From positions 32,001-96,000 of IMG/VR virus record IMGVR_UViG_3300029288_000065: a stretch of DNA of 64,000 bases; one strand, given 5' to 3'. Origin of the DNA: a virus. Lineage: Duplodnaviria; Caudoviricetes. A program made the translations under genes and the position numbers. Shown here in pieces: positions 36,197-46,978 of this stretch. Below the pieces are notes generated by a model. It was given only the letters and a program-made list of their open reading frames with translations, was not told the DNA's origin and searched no databases. Each line of letters opens with the position of its first letter. Positions within the stretch are counted from its first letter, which is position 1.

Positions 36197-38947
36197 ATGA
36201 TTTTCCAACTTCCAAAAATTGAAGACCTTGTTGATAAGCAATTCTTCCAGGTCCCAGTAGCAGACGGAATTCTGGCAGGATACCAAGTCGACCAAGAAAC
36301 TAAAACATTCTATGCCAAAGAAAGCCAAATAATTATCCCATCAATGCATGGGCTAACACACGTCGCTGAAGACCCAGTACCAGACGCAACACCAGATCTA
36401 CATGGCCTAATGTCAGGAGATGACAAAGCCAAATTGGACGCACTGGTCCAGATGAGATTGGGAATTCTTGGTTACCAAGGAGCGGGCTTCCCAGACGATG
36501 GCGGCTTCCTCACAGGCGACATAATTCTAGCAGCAGGAAGTGAATTTATTAGTATAGAAAGAGTAGGGAACACAGTAAGATTCACAGTTGACTCCCCAAT
36601 CCCATTAAATTGTGGATGCGAGAGCTGCGCACAGATTTTCTGGATACAAGACGAAAGTGAAGCAAGAGCGATCAGACCACCATCTTGCAATGGTGTAATG
36701 CCAAACGTATCAGCTTACGGCGAACTTAAAATATACTTATTACCAGAATCTACTATCGTAGACCCACAAGACCCGTTAACGACGTTAAACACAAAGGGAA
36801 ATTACCCAACACTAATCTTCAAGAGATATGATAATGGTTTAACACCATTCGAAGCGTCATTTGAAATGGTCCTCAAGAGAAACTCAAATTTGACAAGTAA
36901 TGTAGGTTGGGCATTTACACCTGGCCCAACCAATATAGCACAATTAGTATGGTATATGGGAAGTGATAAAAATGGTGCACAAATAAAATTCGAACTTTGG
37001 CCTGATTCAGAACCTGGGCTAATGGGCCAACTTCTTTACCGTGGAAATCTGATCACGAAGATGCCAGCAGTCATCACTGGTTACACGACATCAATGTTGA
37101 CCACAAACCAATATAATGTTAAGAAATGGGATCTAAAAAATGAAGTCCCAGTTGGAAGTGCTTTTGTGGCTAAGAACGTCTGGAAATACCTAAATCCTGA
37201 AAACACAACAACAAACACAACGAACCCAAAGACTCTTGTCTTGGATAATACCGTTGGTATACTCCCAGTTGGAACTTTGGTAGATCTCTACCAATTTGAA
37301 ACAGCCAGAACTGGTCTTTCCAGAACAGTTGTTTCTTACTTCATAAAAGAACCAGCTGCAAATTCTACTAATCTTTGGTCTTTGGCTGGTGCAGTCAGAT
37401 TTGGTGACCGGTTTACCGCCCGTGAAGAAATCAACAACCCATCCACGGGTTCAGATTTGGCAGCAAGTGAATTGAACGTATCAGACGTTAGATTATTTGA
37501 ACGAGGAGAATGGGGTCTTCTTGGTTTTGAAGATAGATTAATTCTCTCAGATGACGGTGGAATAGCTGCGTCCACTGATGGAGTACAGAGGAGAGAACCT
37601 TCCGGTGACCCGATCAACAATGATATAGTTGCTGACATTGATCCTACTATCCCTGGCTTAAAGGTTCTAAAACAGACTCCAGATAGAAGCTCGGTTGACG
37701 TGGATGGTGACGGTGTTGTGACCGACAAAGATTTGGCAGCATTTGCTTGTGCTTATGGTTCCAAAATTGGTGATGCCAATTATAATGTAAAGGCTGATTT
37801 GAATGGTGATGGTCGAGTAGATGTCCGCGATTTGGCAATTCTTGGTCAATTTTTTGATCTTGGTGTCGAGAGGGTTACTGACAGACCACTATTCCTGTGG
37901 AATAGAAGTAGCCATAAGAACGTACTGACTCACCTTCAACTTGGTATGCCAGCAGCTGATGCAAGATTATTCCCACCGTACGATCTTCTTTTATCTGCTC
38001 CAGTTGATAGCTTTGATGATACCTACGTTAGAGTAATCCAACGTGGTGTATTCCAAACTGGACCTTTTGCTGGCGCTCCTTATATTGTTGTAAAAGGTAT
38101 TGAATGGCGAGAACTCCCTCAACAAGGTATTCTAAGAATTTTGACCGGTGCATTCAGAAATATTATATGGAGATATTATTTCAAAGCAGCATTCTCAAGT
38201 GACGACGATGATGGTGTAACTCTTATTGGCCGTGATTATGTCTTCCCATTTGATGAAGATTTCCCAATCCTTAATTTCCGTGGAACATCTTGTACCGTTC
38301 CGGGGGCAACTGATCTACCTGCTACTGATTATAATGTTCCGACAAGTTCCATTTGTTGTGAACTCCTTCATCAAGATTATACAGCTCCGTGTATGAGATT
38401 CCAATTTGAGTCTGATTGGAATACTGGTTCAGAAGCCGTCCAATTACAAATTATTTGTGGCATGCTTGATATGGGTGTTGCTTATACACTCTACGATCCA
38501 GTGACCCATCTTGATGATCTTGTTCGTGGTTTCTCTCCAGGGTATACAGTCAGTAAGATTATGGTTCAGCAAGGTTTCATCACTGACGGGATTGGAGCTG
38601 GTGTTGTTTCAAATCCGACCACGTTTAAGGTTTATTGGGGCGGCGAATTGGCTGTTCCTGTTAGTGGTCAGACTGAGAAATGGAACGAAGTTGAAGTAAT
38701 GTATAAAGATAATCAGGCATGGTTGTGGTGGAATGGTATTTTGGTTTCGCCTGATCCTACTCTTTGTTCCAAGCTTCCTACCCCTGTTGCTGTTAATACG
38801 CCTTATTTCCCGTTACATCCTCAGGTTTCGACTGGGAAAGTTGCTCTTAGAATGTTCCCTGGGGCAATTGTTCGATCCTTTGATGTCAAGGATCAATTGA
38901 CGTCGTTTAATGAATATTCTTATAGTCAGCAGGGGATCACTTCTTGA
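36197..38947 (+). CDS. Large tail/baseplate-associated protein with dockerin-like EF-hand pair
   Basis: ATPDLHGLMSGDDKAKLD tail-fibre repeat; DVDGDGVVTDKDL...ADLNGDGRVDVRDL; AAGGAG SD. Confidence 0.65.
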   Translation: MIFQLPKIEDLVDKQFFQVPVADGILAGYQVDQETKTFYAKESQIIIPSMHGLTHVAEDPVPDATPDLHGLMSGDDKAKLDALVQMRLGILGYQGAGFPDDGGFLTGDIILAAGSEFISIERVGNTVRFTVDSPIPLNCGCESCAQIFWIQDESEARAIRPPSCNGVMPNVSAYGELKIYLLPESTIVDPQDPLTTLNTKGNYPTLIFKRYDNGLTPFEASFEMVLKRNSNLTSNVGWAFTPGPTNIAQLVWYMGSDKNGAQIKFELWPDSEPGLMGQLLYRGNLITKMPAVITGYTTSMLTTNQYNVKKWDLKNEVPVGSAFVAKNVWKYLNPENTTTNTTNPKTLVLDNTVGILPVGTLVDLYQFETARTGLSRTVVSYFIKEPAANSTNLWSLAGAVRFGDRFTAREEINNPSTGSDLAASELNVSDVRLFERGEWGLLGFEDRLILSDDGGIAASTDGVQRREPSGDPINNDIVADIDPTIPGLKVLKQTPDRSSVDVDGDGVVTDKDLAAFACAYGSKIGDANYNVKADLNGDGRVDVRDLAILGQFFDLGVERVTDRPLFLWNRSSHKNVLTHLQLGMPAADARLFPPYDLLLSAPVDSFDDTYVRVIQRGVFQTGPFAGAPYIVVKGIEWRELPQQGILRILTGAFRNIIWRYYFKAAFSSDDDDGVTLIGRDYVFPFDEDFPILNFRGTSCTVPGATDLPATDYNVPTSSICCELLHQDYTAPCMRFQFESDWNTGSEAVQLQIICGMLDMGVAYTLYDPVTHLDDLVRGFSPGYTVSKIMVQQGFITDGIGAGVVSNPTTFKVYWGGELAVPVSGQTEKWNEVEVMYKDNQAWLWWNGILVSPDPTLCSKLPTPVAVNTPYFPLHPQVSTGKVALRMFPGAIVRSFDVKDQLTSFNEYSYSQQGITS

Positions 38948-39153
38948 AGCCATTTTTATTGTTATTTTGTTTACACCAGGACGAGATTATTGATAATCGT
39001 ACCATTGAGTCTCCGTTTGAACAGTTGCAAAAAGCTGGTTTACTTGTTTCTCATCAAGAGATGCCGTCCTGGATTTTTCAGAAGAAATTAATTTTATTGT
39101 TTAAATGTAAGAAATGTGGGAGAACAAGGATTGAGGAACATACTAATCCATAA
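38944..39153 (+). CDS. Small Zn-ribbon protein
   Basis: FCLH...CKKCG; TTG start overlapping the upstream stop. Confidence 0.4.
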   Translation: MKPFLLLFCLHQDEIIDNRTIESPFEQLQKAGLLVSHQEMPSWIFQKKLILLFKCKKCGRTRIEEHTNP

Positions 39154-39161
39154 ATAATAAT

Positions 39162-40043
39162 ATGGATGGGTTCATTTGTATCGTTCGAACCGAAGAAGAT
39201 ATTTTAAAATTGGATTTAACTATCAAATCACTACAGAAATATAATATCTCCTTTAAGATATATTCAAGTAAGAATATTCCAAACGCCATTATTGCCAAGG
39301 ATAACCCACAGAGAAGTGTTCATAGAATATCACCATATACTACTACTATATGTATTGAACCAGGAATTATATTACTTAAAGATCCATTATCTTTATTCTC
39401 TTTGAAAGGTGATATATTATTTGGGAAAGGTGTATTTCTATTTCGAAAGTGCGCTCACATTTTTATGGAGGATCTTTACCAGAACGATGATGTAGAGATG
39501 ACAGTCAAGGAGCATGGTCTTTCGGAATGGGCTTTTCCTGACGTCGCGATGTACTTCGGAGACTTTCGAAAAAATTGGGGAGACCAAAATAAAACATGGC
39601 GGCTGGTAAAGAACGGTTTTGAAGAAAAGAGGCAATACCCAGGATTACTTGTACTACCTGAAAAACATAAGATTCCAAGTATTATTGATAATTTGAAGAA
39701 ATTCGTTGGATTTAAAGTTGTTTCTGAATTTAAATGTAATTTTATCTGCAGGGATATTATGGATAAGATTAATGGTGATTATAGGAATATGTGTATATTG
39801 ATTATTAATGACAAGGTTATTCTCTTGGAATATTCAAAGTATTATAACACTTATAATTGTTTTAAAAATGTTAAACCAGATGGAATTGATTTGATTTTAA
39901 AATTGAAATACAATTCAGAAAATATTTCTCAAAGAAATTATCCCATAAAGATATTACCATTTGGTACAGATCCTTGTTCTGAATTATCGGAGATTATAAA
40001 GAACGAATGGAATTTTGTATTTTCTAGTCTAAAAATCAAATAA
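39162..40043 (+). CDS. Hypothetical protein, possibly a degenerate GT-A glycosyltransferase
   Basis: IKSLQKYN...SPYTTTICIEPGIILLKDP resembles the GT8-like SP..T..DxD region but lacks DxD. Confidence 0.35.
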   Translation: MDGFICIVRTEEDILKLDLTIKSLQKYNISFKIYSSKNIPNAIIAKDNPQRSVHRISPYTTTICIEPGIILLKDPLSLFSLKGDILFGKGVFLFRKCAHIFMEDLYQNDDVEMTVKEHGLSEWAFPDVAMYFGDFRKNWGDQNKTWRLVKNGFEEKRQYPGLLVLPEKHKIPSIIDNLKKFVGFKVVSEFKCNFICRDIMDKINGDYRNMCILIINDKVILLEYSKYYNTYNCFKNVKPDGIDLILKLKYNSENISQRNYPIKILPFGTDPCSELSEIIKNEWNFVFSSLKIK

Positions 40044-40722
40044 TATCTTTTTCATCCTCTTCTATAAGTTTAATGCGTGGATCTTTAGCTTTGACTAATA
40101 ATCTATTGTCATCCCTGGCTAATTCCAGATACTTTTTTGATCCTCTTGCTTTTTTCAATTTGTGTTTGAAGAATCTGGCTTTGATTGCCAATGCAAATAG
40201 ATCTTTCTCAAGTTTTTCAGCTTTTTTGACTGCCTCTCCACTGGTCACAAAATATGAAGAAGGATCTATTGCTGGCATATCTTCCTTAATATTTGGAAGT
40301 TGCCAAACATCTTTTGGTTGTCCAGGAAGCTGCTCAAACCCCAATATTGCAAAAGGTTCTTTATCTGTTATTGATGCTCCTACTCTAAGGAATACCAATT
40401 TTCCATTTCTTTTGTACTCATTTACTTCATTTTTCCGTACGTGTGATCTCATGTGAGAAGTGAAGGCGGCTCCTCCAGCACTTATTTCTTCTTGGCAGAA
40501 TTCACACTTGATAGTTTCATAATGTGATTTTTGGATCTCTGGTTTTACTTTTGGCTCTTCTATTTTTTGCCCTGGTTTTGTGAATACAAGTCCCTCTTTT
40601 CCTTTATGCTCTTGGGCTTCTCCTCTTCGTACGTGTGCTCTCATATGAGATGTTAGAGCTGCTCCACCAGAACTTACGTCCTTATGACAAATCTGGCATT
40701 TTTGTTTTTGAAAAGTGGCCAT
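40036..40722 (-). CDS. Tandem C2H2 zinc-finger protein
   Basis: CQICHKDVSSGGAALTSHMRAH and CEFCQEEISAGGAAFTSHMRSH; GGAGG SD. Confidence 0.7.
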   Translation of the reverse strand: MATFQKQKCQICHKDVSSGGAALTSHMRAHVRRGEAQEHKGKEGLVFTKPGQKIEEPKVKPEIQKSHYETIKCEFCQEEISAGGAAFTSHMRSHVRKNEVNEYKRNGKLVFLRVGASITDKEPFAILGFEQLPGQPKDVWQLPNIKEDMPAIDPSSYFVTSGEAVKKAEKLEKDLFALAIKARFFKHKLKKARGSKKYLELARDDNRLLVKAKDPRIKLIEEDEKDII

Positions 40723-40770
40723 TTTTATCCTCCGTGTAATTATTTACGTATTTGATAAATGGAGATAATT

Positions 40771-41115
40771 ATGAATCATTATGATGACATTGTACGTCAA
40801 TTCATTAAAAATTCTACACATGATTCCAGTACACCAGATCAAATGGATCAGTTTCTTTGTGAGAATGCTCTACAGGCGGTAATGAATGGTTTTATCGTTC
40901 TTCTTATACGGAAGTTACCGAAGAATGAGAGGAAAGATTTCGTCGATTCTGCAATTCGGGTAATGCGTCAGACACTGATTGCTGAATACGATGATTATCT
41001 TAAAGATAATAAGGATGAAAAAGCAAAGTTGCAAAATTATAAGGAAGATTTTGTTTTAAGGGTTAATAGGAATCTACAGAAGGTAAAGAAGAAGATTGAG
41101 GAAATGATCTACTAA
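40771..41115 (+). CDS. Hypothetical helical protein
   Basis: GTATTT and GGAG upstream. Confidence 0.55.
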   Translation: MNHYDDIVRQFIKNSTHDSSTPDQMDQFLCENALQAVMNGFIVLLIRKLPKNERKDFVDSAIRVMRQTLIAEYDDYLKDNKDEKAKLQNYKEDFVLRVNRNLQKVKKKIEEMIY

Positions 41116-41125
41116 GGAGGGTAAC

Positions 41126-41311
41126 ATGAGTAACGACCCAGAAAAGAAGATTCAGGTAAAGATACTAATTGATGGAGAAGAATCACCAATGAGAATTGAG
41201 TTTAATGCTCCAAAAAGATTATTTGATCTACTTCAGACCGCATATACAGAACAAAATGCTATTGAAGCAATCCATATTATACTTGACGAGGCTAAGAAAT
41301 CAATTTCTTAA
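41126..41311 (+). CDS. Hypothetical protein
   Basis: AAGGAGG SD. Confidence 0.5.
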   Translation: MSNDPEKKIQVKILIDGEESPMRIEFNAPKRLFDLLQTAYTEQNAIEAIHIILDEAKKSIS

Positions 41312-41553
41312 TATTCACTTACTGTTTTCCAGAATTTCTTCATAACATGAGTTAAAGGATGGGGAACTTCCATTTTCATTCTTAGCTGATTTGTTCTGCT
41401 GTTATAATAATATTTTGTTCGATGTGTGTAAGGGTCTGGTTCGTGGAACATTATTGGAACTTCTGTACCTTGGACGAGTTCTACCCATCTTTGTGGGTTA
41501 TATCCTTGAGATGGAAAGCCACGGTTATTAATGATATCTTCAAAAATGCTCAT
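41308..41553 (-). CDS. Hypothetical protein
   Basis: GTAAAT motif 7 nt before the ATG. Confidence 0.5.
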   Translation of the reverse strand: MSIFEDIINNRGFPSQGYNPQRWVELVQGTEVPIMFHEPDPYTHRTKYYYNSRTNQLRMKMEVPHPLTHVMKKFWKTVSEY

Positions 41554-41611
41554 ATATTATATTTACTTGGACCTTCGCACAGTAAAATATATAGTAAGGT
41601 AAGGAAGAACT

Positions 41612-44600
41612 ATGCCAGATGCTCCTCAAGTAAGCAGATATGATCCAAGTTTCCAGAGGTTTGATATACAGAATAACCGTACCGGTTTTAAACCAGTATC
41701 TCTTCCATTGATTTTGATAGTTCCAGGTAGACGAATAAATAATATCCCAGTTCCAAATTCAGATGTCTCCAATGTGAAATTTTATATTGCAGATGCACCA
41801 GACGCAGCTCTGGTTGCAGGTTTTGAGCATAAATTACTACGGATTCCCAGTTCAGAATTATTCACATTAAACGTCTCCAGATTACAATTGGTTAATACAC
41901 AGATAAATCTTGATGCAATGGTATATTATTATCCAAATGATCCAACAACGATATTTTCTTGGGCGGATGCGCAGGATGGAATGGTTTTCGATTATACTAC
42001 TACCTACAGCAATATTAAAGGGCAAATAATATATCACCCAGACGCTGATTATTATGATGTATCACATTTCGTTTTGGATGTTGAAGGTTTACCACGTCCA
42101 AAACCTTATCTTTTTATTTGGGAATGTCAGTATTATGGAAGAATAATTTTGGACCCCTCCCAGGCATCTACACGAGGTGCTTTCTGTATTGATAATAATT
42201 TAAAGCTCACGAGATTCACCTATTTGATGTATCATCCTGGTGATATTCATAATGAAATGGTCAAGAAAACACCAGCTCTTTATTTTAAAGAGAATGTTCC
42301 GATGTCAGAAGATCAGCTTATCGCTTTCTATAGACCTTTTGCTGATTTACTCCAGGATGTTACAGATGAACAAGGTTTCCTTTATGGGATTAATTTTATT
42401 GACAGAGTCCCAATACAATTACTTCCTTACTTGGCATATTTAATAGGTTGGGATTTACCAAATTATCCATCGGCTACAGACACACTTAGAAGATCAATAT
42501 TACACCAAGCTGTGTATCTCCAGAAATTGAAAGGCTCTCGAAGAGCTATCTCAGAATTGTTCGAAATTTTTGGATTTACTATTGAATTAATCAACCTTTG
42601 GTATTCATCTGATGGGAAAACACTTATTAGCCCAGATGAGAAACCTCCAGCAGAATTGAGTAGTAATACAATAGTCTCAAAAGAAGTTTGTCAAATAGAA
42701 CCGATGTTTGCTGATTATAAGACAGATGGCTTTGGAGTTTTTGGTGTACCTCTGATGTATAAGGCTTCAGGTAACATAACTCTAAATGCTTGGTTATTGA
42801 AAGATGGTACAACTGCTACACAACTAAACCAAGTTGTGACAGATTTAACTGACAATCCAGATTTGTTGGTTGGACAATGTCAAACATCTGCGGATGGTTT
42901 TTTAATTCCAAAGGCTATTATTGATATTATTTCTGGAAGTACTGATATTCTTTCTTATAGTGAAATTTTAATCAATAAGGACACAGGATTACCAGTTGGG
43001 AATCTTAGTTCCTCAGTTCCTGTTTTGAATACGCAGAACATAAAATATGATAAACTTAATAATACTATTAATATGGCTTTTGACCATTATATTGAATTTT
43101 CTGGAACTACTCTTTTTATTTTCGCAACATATCCGAGAATTCAATTGACAATTCCGCCAATAATCGAGGGTCTGCGATCAAACAGATTTGATGTAAAGCT
43201 ACTGCTAGACGAAGAGCAAATTCCAGAGATTGATCTTATTGAATTCTTGATGAATTTCTTATTTAAGTTGAAAGCTTTCCATTCTCTTCTTAGGAAAATA
43301 AGATATTCTTTGACATTCTCTGAAGTTTACAACGTTACTGATTATTGCTCTGAAAATTTCAATAAATACCAGTTGCCACCTCCTGTACAACCTCCTGATA
43401 GTTCGGGAGAATGTGTTCCTTTTGTTTCTACTGAAACTACACAATTACGTAATAAGATTTATGACCTTCTGACAGAGGAACATGCTGCTTGGAAGGCATA
43501 CGACAATACTCACCAGGCTACACAAGATGATTTGAAAGTTCCGGTCAATACACCAGATGGTACGACATGTCAGTTTACCAAATATGGTCAGGATAGAGTA
43601 ATATCTGATGATTCTTTAAATCTTGATCTTGTACCTGACACTCGTGAGAAGATGTGTGACCTGGTTTCTCCTGCTCCTCCTTTCTGTTTTAAGGGGAGAG
43701 TCAAGGATGAGGTTGATCCTGTACCAAGAATGATTTTTACGGAGATTTCTAGGTGTAAACCTTGTCAATTAAGTTTTGGATCTGGTTTTTATTGGATGTT
43801 CGATACGAATTCTACCTTACTACTCACTAATGGATTTGGACAATATCAGGGTCAAAATAGAAGAAGTTTCTTGGGGAAGAAGATTTTCCAATATAATCAT
43901 CCACATAACTCGCTGCATTATTCTGACCGTCCTGAAATGACTGCATACCAATGGGACAATACTCAATTATTGGCTTATCAGAGGCCACAACTTGAAATTC
44001 AGAAGGATAACCTTGGTTTTCCAGCACACAGGTTTATTTCACACAATAAATTGAAAAATGATTTCACTTCTTCTCATTGGATGGCCAAACCTTGGGATAA
44101 TGAAGATAATGATTTGAATGCTCAATTGATAACTGGGACAAATGGTGACCAATATTTGGTTTTTGATAATGAACCTGTTGTCTACCTTGGAAATAATCTT
44201 GATCCTGATATATCATCTTATGGAACGCATGATGATAGATCATTCTTGGTAACTCATAGAGTTTATATGCATACTACTCCTGGCCACCCAGCAATAACAC
44301 TTGATTGGCGTATTCAAGAGACAACTCAGCAGGAAATTTCATTCGATTCTACATTGCCATTTGGCCCAATTTTTAGATCTTTTAATCAGAGATGTAACGC
44401 TGATTATAGAAGTGGGTATCCATCAGACACCGGTAGATTTTCAGTTGACCCTGCAGATCTCGAATGGGATCGTGGTGCCAGTGATATTGGTGGAGATGTT
44501 CTTGGTTTACCAACCAGAACAAGTATAACTGGTTTGACGGCACTTTTCAGGTCTGGTAGTCAGATTCTTTTAGATGAATCTGATTATTTATATGGATTTT

Positions 44601-45412
44601 ACAAACCTTATCGGAATGATTGTGAATGTGTGAAGTATGGTTGCGATGCTTCTGGGATGACTGCTAGTACGGATTATGAATATCTTTTAAATATTGATCC
44701 TTGTTTATTAAATGTTTACATTCAATCAGATGGTACCTATGATTTTAATTGCGACCAACTTCATATTGATCCAAGAGCTATCTTGAATGAGTTTTTTGGA
44801 ACATGTTCCTTTATGAGTGATGGTGAGATCCCAACTTCTTTCTGTATTTCGCCTATTACACCTCAGAAAGGTACGATTCGATACAAGGATACTTATGATG
44901 TAATTTACGAACTGTCTTGGGAATTTAAGAATGATAGTACAGGGAGTTGGTTAGATATTACAAGTGTTACCAAATCTCCTCATGTTTGGGGAGAGCCCGA
45001 TACTGGGTATATTAAAGATTTAAAGGTTTTCAGACGTGGGATCGTGACTACTTGTAGACAGATTCTAAAAATTCTTGGGTATAATGATTATACTATTGAA
45101 GCGCGTTGGAATACACAGGTAGTTGATTTCTTCCAATCAAATTTGGTTTGCGGTGATATTCCGTTTACTGATGATTTTTGTAATCATTTTGATTGTATGA
45201 TATCTGAGGATGTTTTACCTGTTGTTGATTGTGGTTCTCGGTTCTCTGATCCTGGGGATGGAAGTGTAGAATGGGGTGACTTAATCACCAATACTGCTGG
45301 TATAGTAGTTGGGATTTCTTACTCGGTTCAACCTTTCCAATGGGTAAATGTTTGGGATAATGATGATGGATTGGTTGTTGTTGGGTGTGGCACAGGTACT
45401 GGTAGTGCATAA
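41612..45412 (+). CDS. Baseplate wedge-like protein with P2 gpI / T4 gp7-type domain
   Basis: DRVPIQLLPYLAYLIGWDL...LRRSILHQAVYLQKLKGSRRAISELFEIFG; LKAFHSLLR; Cys-rich C-terminal half. Confidence 0.75.
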   Translation: MPDAPQVSRYDPSFQRFDIQNNRTGFKPVSLPLILIVPGRRINNIPVPNSDVSNVKFYIADAPDAALVAGFEHKLLRIPSSELFTLNVSRLQLVNTQINLDAMVYYYPNDPTTIFSWADAQDGMVFDYTTTYSNIKGQIIYHPDADYYDVSHFVLDVEGLPRPKPYLFIWECQYYGRIILDPSQASTRGAFCIDNNLKLTRFTYLMYHPGDIHNEMVKKTPALYFKENVPMSEDQLIAFYRPFADLLQDVTDEQGFLYGINFIDRVPIQLLPYLAYLIGWDLPNYPSATDTLRRSILHQAVYLQKLKGSRRAISELFEIFGFTIELINLWYSSDGKTLISPDEKPPAELSSNTIVSKEVCQIEPMFADYKTDGFGVFGVPLMYKASGNITLNAWLLKDGTTATQLNQVVTDLTDNPDLLVGQCQTSADGFLIPKAIIDIISGSTDILSYSEILINKDTGLPVGNLSSSVPVLNTQNIKYDKLNNTINMAFDHYIEFSGTTLFIFATYPRIQLTIPPIIEGLRSNRFDVKLLLDEEQIPEIDLIEFLMNFLFKLKAFHSLLRKIRYSLTFSEVYNVTDYCSENFNKYQLPPPVQPPDSSGECVPFVSTETTQLRNKIYDLLTEEHAAWKAYDNTHQATQDDLKVPVNTPDGTTCQFTKYGQDRVISDDSLNLDLVPDTREKMCDLVSPAPPFCFKGRVKDEVDPVPRMIFTEISRCKPCQLSFGSGFYWMFDTNSTLLLTNGFGQYQGQNRRSFLGKKIFQYNHPHNSLHYSDRPEMTAYQWDNTQLLAYQRPQLEIQKDNLGFPAHRFISHNKLKNDFTSSHWMAKPWDNEDNDLNAQLITGTNGDQYLVFDNEPVVYLGNNLDPDISSYGTHDDRSFLVTHRVYMHTTPGHPAITLDWRIQETTQQEISFDSTLPFGPIFRSFNQRCNADYRSGYPSDTGRFSVDPADLEWDRGASDIGGDVLGLPTRTSITGLTALFRSGSQILLDESDYLYGFYKPYRNDCECVKYGCDASGMTASTDYEYLLNIDPCLLNVYIQSDGTYDFNCDQLHIDPRAILNEFFGTCSFMSDGEIPTSFCISPITPQKGTIRYKDTYDVIYELSWEFKNDSTGSWLDITSVTKSPHVWGEPDTGYIKDLKVFRRGIVTTCRQILKILGYNDYTIEARWNTQVVDFFQSNLVCGDIPFTDDFCNHFDCMISEDVLPVVDCGSRFSDPGDGSVEWGDLITNTAGIVVGISYSVQPFQWVNVWDNDDGLVVVGCGTGTGSA

Positions 45413-45444
45413 ACAAATATAGTTGGAAAGGATAGGAGAATCCC

Positions 45445-45906
45445 ATGAGGAAGTTTCTTGGTAAATTGGATGTAATGCTTGAAGAGGAGACAGGTATTAC
45501 TCCTCCTCCTGGAAATGAACAAGAAATTACACAAGCTGCCAATGATATAATCCAAATAGCATGTCAGCTTCAAGATACAATAGCTACACACAAACGCGGG
45601 CTGGAAGATGCAGAAATACAATTACAGAATATTGTTGAACAATTAAATACAAAGCTCGGTTGGGAGATCCGAAAACGTCAACCAAAGTTGATGATTGCTC
45701 ACAGAGATGGGACTTGTAATGCTGGATATTATTCAAATAATCTCCAATTCCGTCCTGACTTGGCTGGAAAAGTTTGGAACGTTGATGGTCCTCAAGCGAG
45801 AATGTTCCGTAGGGAATTTGAACACTCCTTACCTTTAACAAATGATCTTGGAGGCTTGGCTGATTCGGTAGTCAAGTTCTTCAAAACGAGGTACAAGACA
45901 CTTTAA
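45445..45906 (+). CDS. Hypothetical protein (head-associated candidate)
   Basis: CAAATATAG and AGGAG upstream; N-terminal VMLEE. Confidence 0.55.
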   Translation: MRKFLGKLDVMLEEETGITPPPGNEQEITQAANDIIQIACQLQDTIATHKRGLEDAEIQLQNIVEQLNTKLGWEIRKRQPKLMIAHRDGTCNAGYYSNNLQFRPDLAGKVWNVDGPQARMFRREFEHSLPLTNDLGGLADSVVKFFKTRYKTL

Positions 45907-45907
45907 C

Positions 45908-46936
45908 ATGGAAAATCATCTCCGAGAAGATGTACACATAAGTTTAAAGACAATATTCTACATCTTCGACGAATATTGTAAAATTCACGGCTATTTCTAT
46001 GATATCGTAAATGATGAACCAAATTGCCAGGGATTTCTAGTAAAGGCTGACAGACAACCACTTTACGATTATATGAAGTCACATGCTGATCGTCTTCACG
46101 TTATTATTGATACAAGTGAAAGGAAAGATGGAGTATTATTCAAGTTTGCCCTTGAAGCAATAAATGATGGTCATTGGGAAGTGAAAACTGACGATATTAG
46201 TATGAGTCCTTTTGCAAATAGAGAAGACGCTGAAAAAGTTCGGAAAAATGAGACGATGTATCAGAAGAAGGGTTTCAAGAAGTTATCAAGTAGAGTGGAT
46301 GAAACTGTAGCAGTACAGAGAGAGCCAGACACAAATTTTGGAGTTCCAGGGACTGGTTCTGAACGGACAAATATTTGTTCTGATGAACCGAGAAAGAGAA
46401 CGCAACCAAAGATTGGTCGACAAGATTTAACAGATGTGGCGAAGAAAACTCCTTCCGAGATAATAAAGAAATCACAGGAAGTCAAGCCTTTGGCTTATAA
46501 TCCTAGAGAAGATTTTGATCGTGTTCTGGATACTCTGCTTGAACGTACGCAACCAAGAATTAGTCAGGGACATGTTGATGATCCGAAGAATTTAGTTGGA
46601 TCTTCGACCCGAAATCCAGAATCGGTGGTCCCTAATCCTGCTCATTTACCGGAAGAGCCTTTAACAGTTCCTGAAGAACCGATTGATCCTTTCCGTGGGA
46701 AAGTTGGGATGACTGGGGTACGTCAAGAAGCTGGGGCGTCTGCCACTCCTCCAATAAAGAATGCTGTTGGACAACTTCCTTCAGGTGGTGAGGGTGCTTT
46801 CCAACCCACCCAGATTCAGAAGATTCCGCCAATTGGCATGCCTCCGACACCGAGAAATATACCACGGAAAACTATTCCTATAAATCTTCCTCCGCCCAAG
46901 AATACTCCTGCATTTAGGAAGTTAAGTAGTAGATAA
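45908..46936 (+). CDS. Hypothetical protein with Pro-rich C-terminus
   Basis: 342-aa ORF in the late block. Confidence 0.55.
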   Translation: MENHLREDVHISLKTIFYIFDEYCKIHGYFYDIVNDEPNCQGFLVKADRQPLYDYMKSHADRLHVIIDTSERKDGVLFKFALEAINDGHWEVKTDDISMSPFANREDAEKVRKNETMYQKKGFKKLSSRVDETVAVQREPDTNFGVPGTGSERTNICSDEPRKRTQPKIGRQDLTDVAKKTPSEIIKKSQEVKPLAYNPREDFDRVLDTLLERTQPRISQGHVDDPKNLVGSSTRNPESVVPNPAHLPEEPLTVPEEPIDPFRGKVGMTGVRQEAGASATPPIKNAVGQLPSGGEGAFQPTQIQKIPPIGMPPTPRNIPRKTIPINLPPPKNTPAFRKLSSR

Positions 46937-46978
46937 TTGGGCAAGACCAAAAATACCATATAGGAAGAGAAGAAACCC

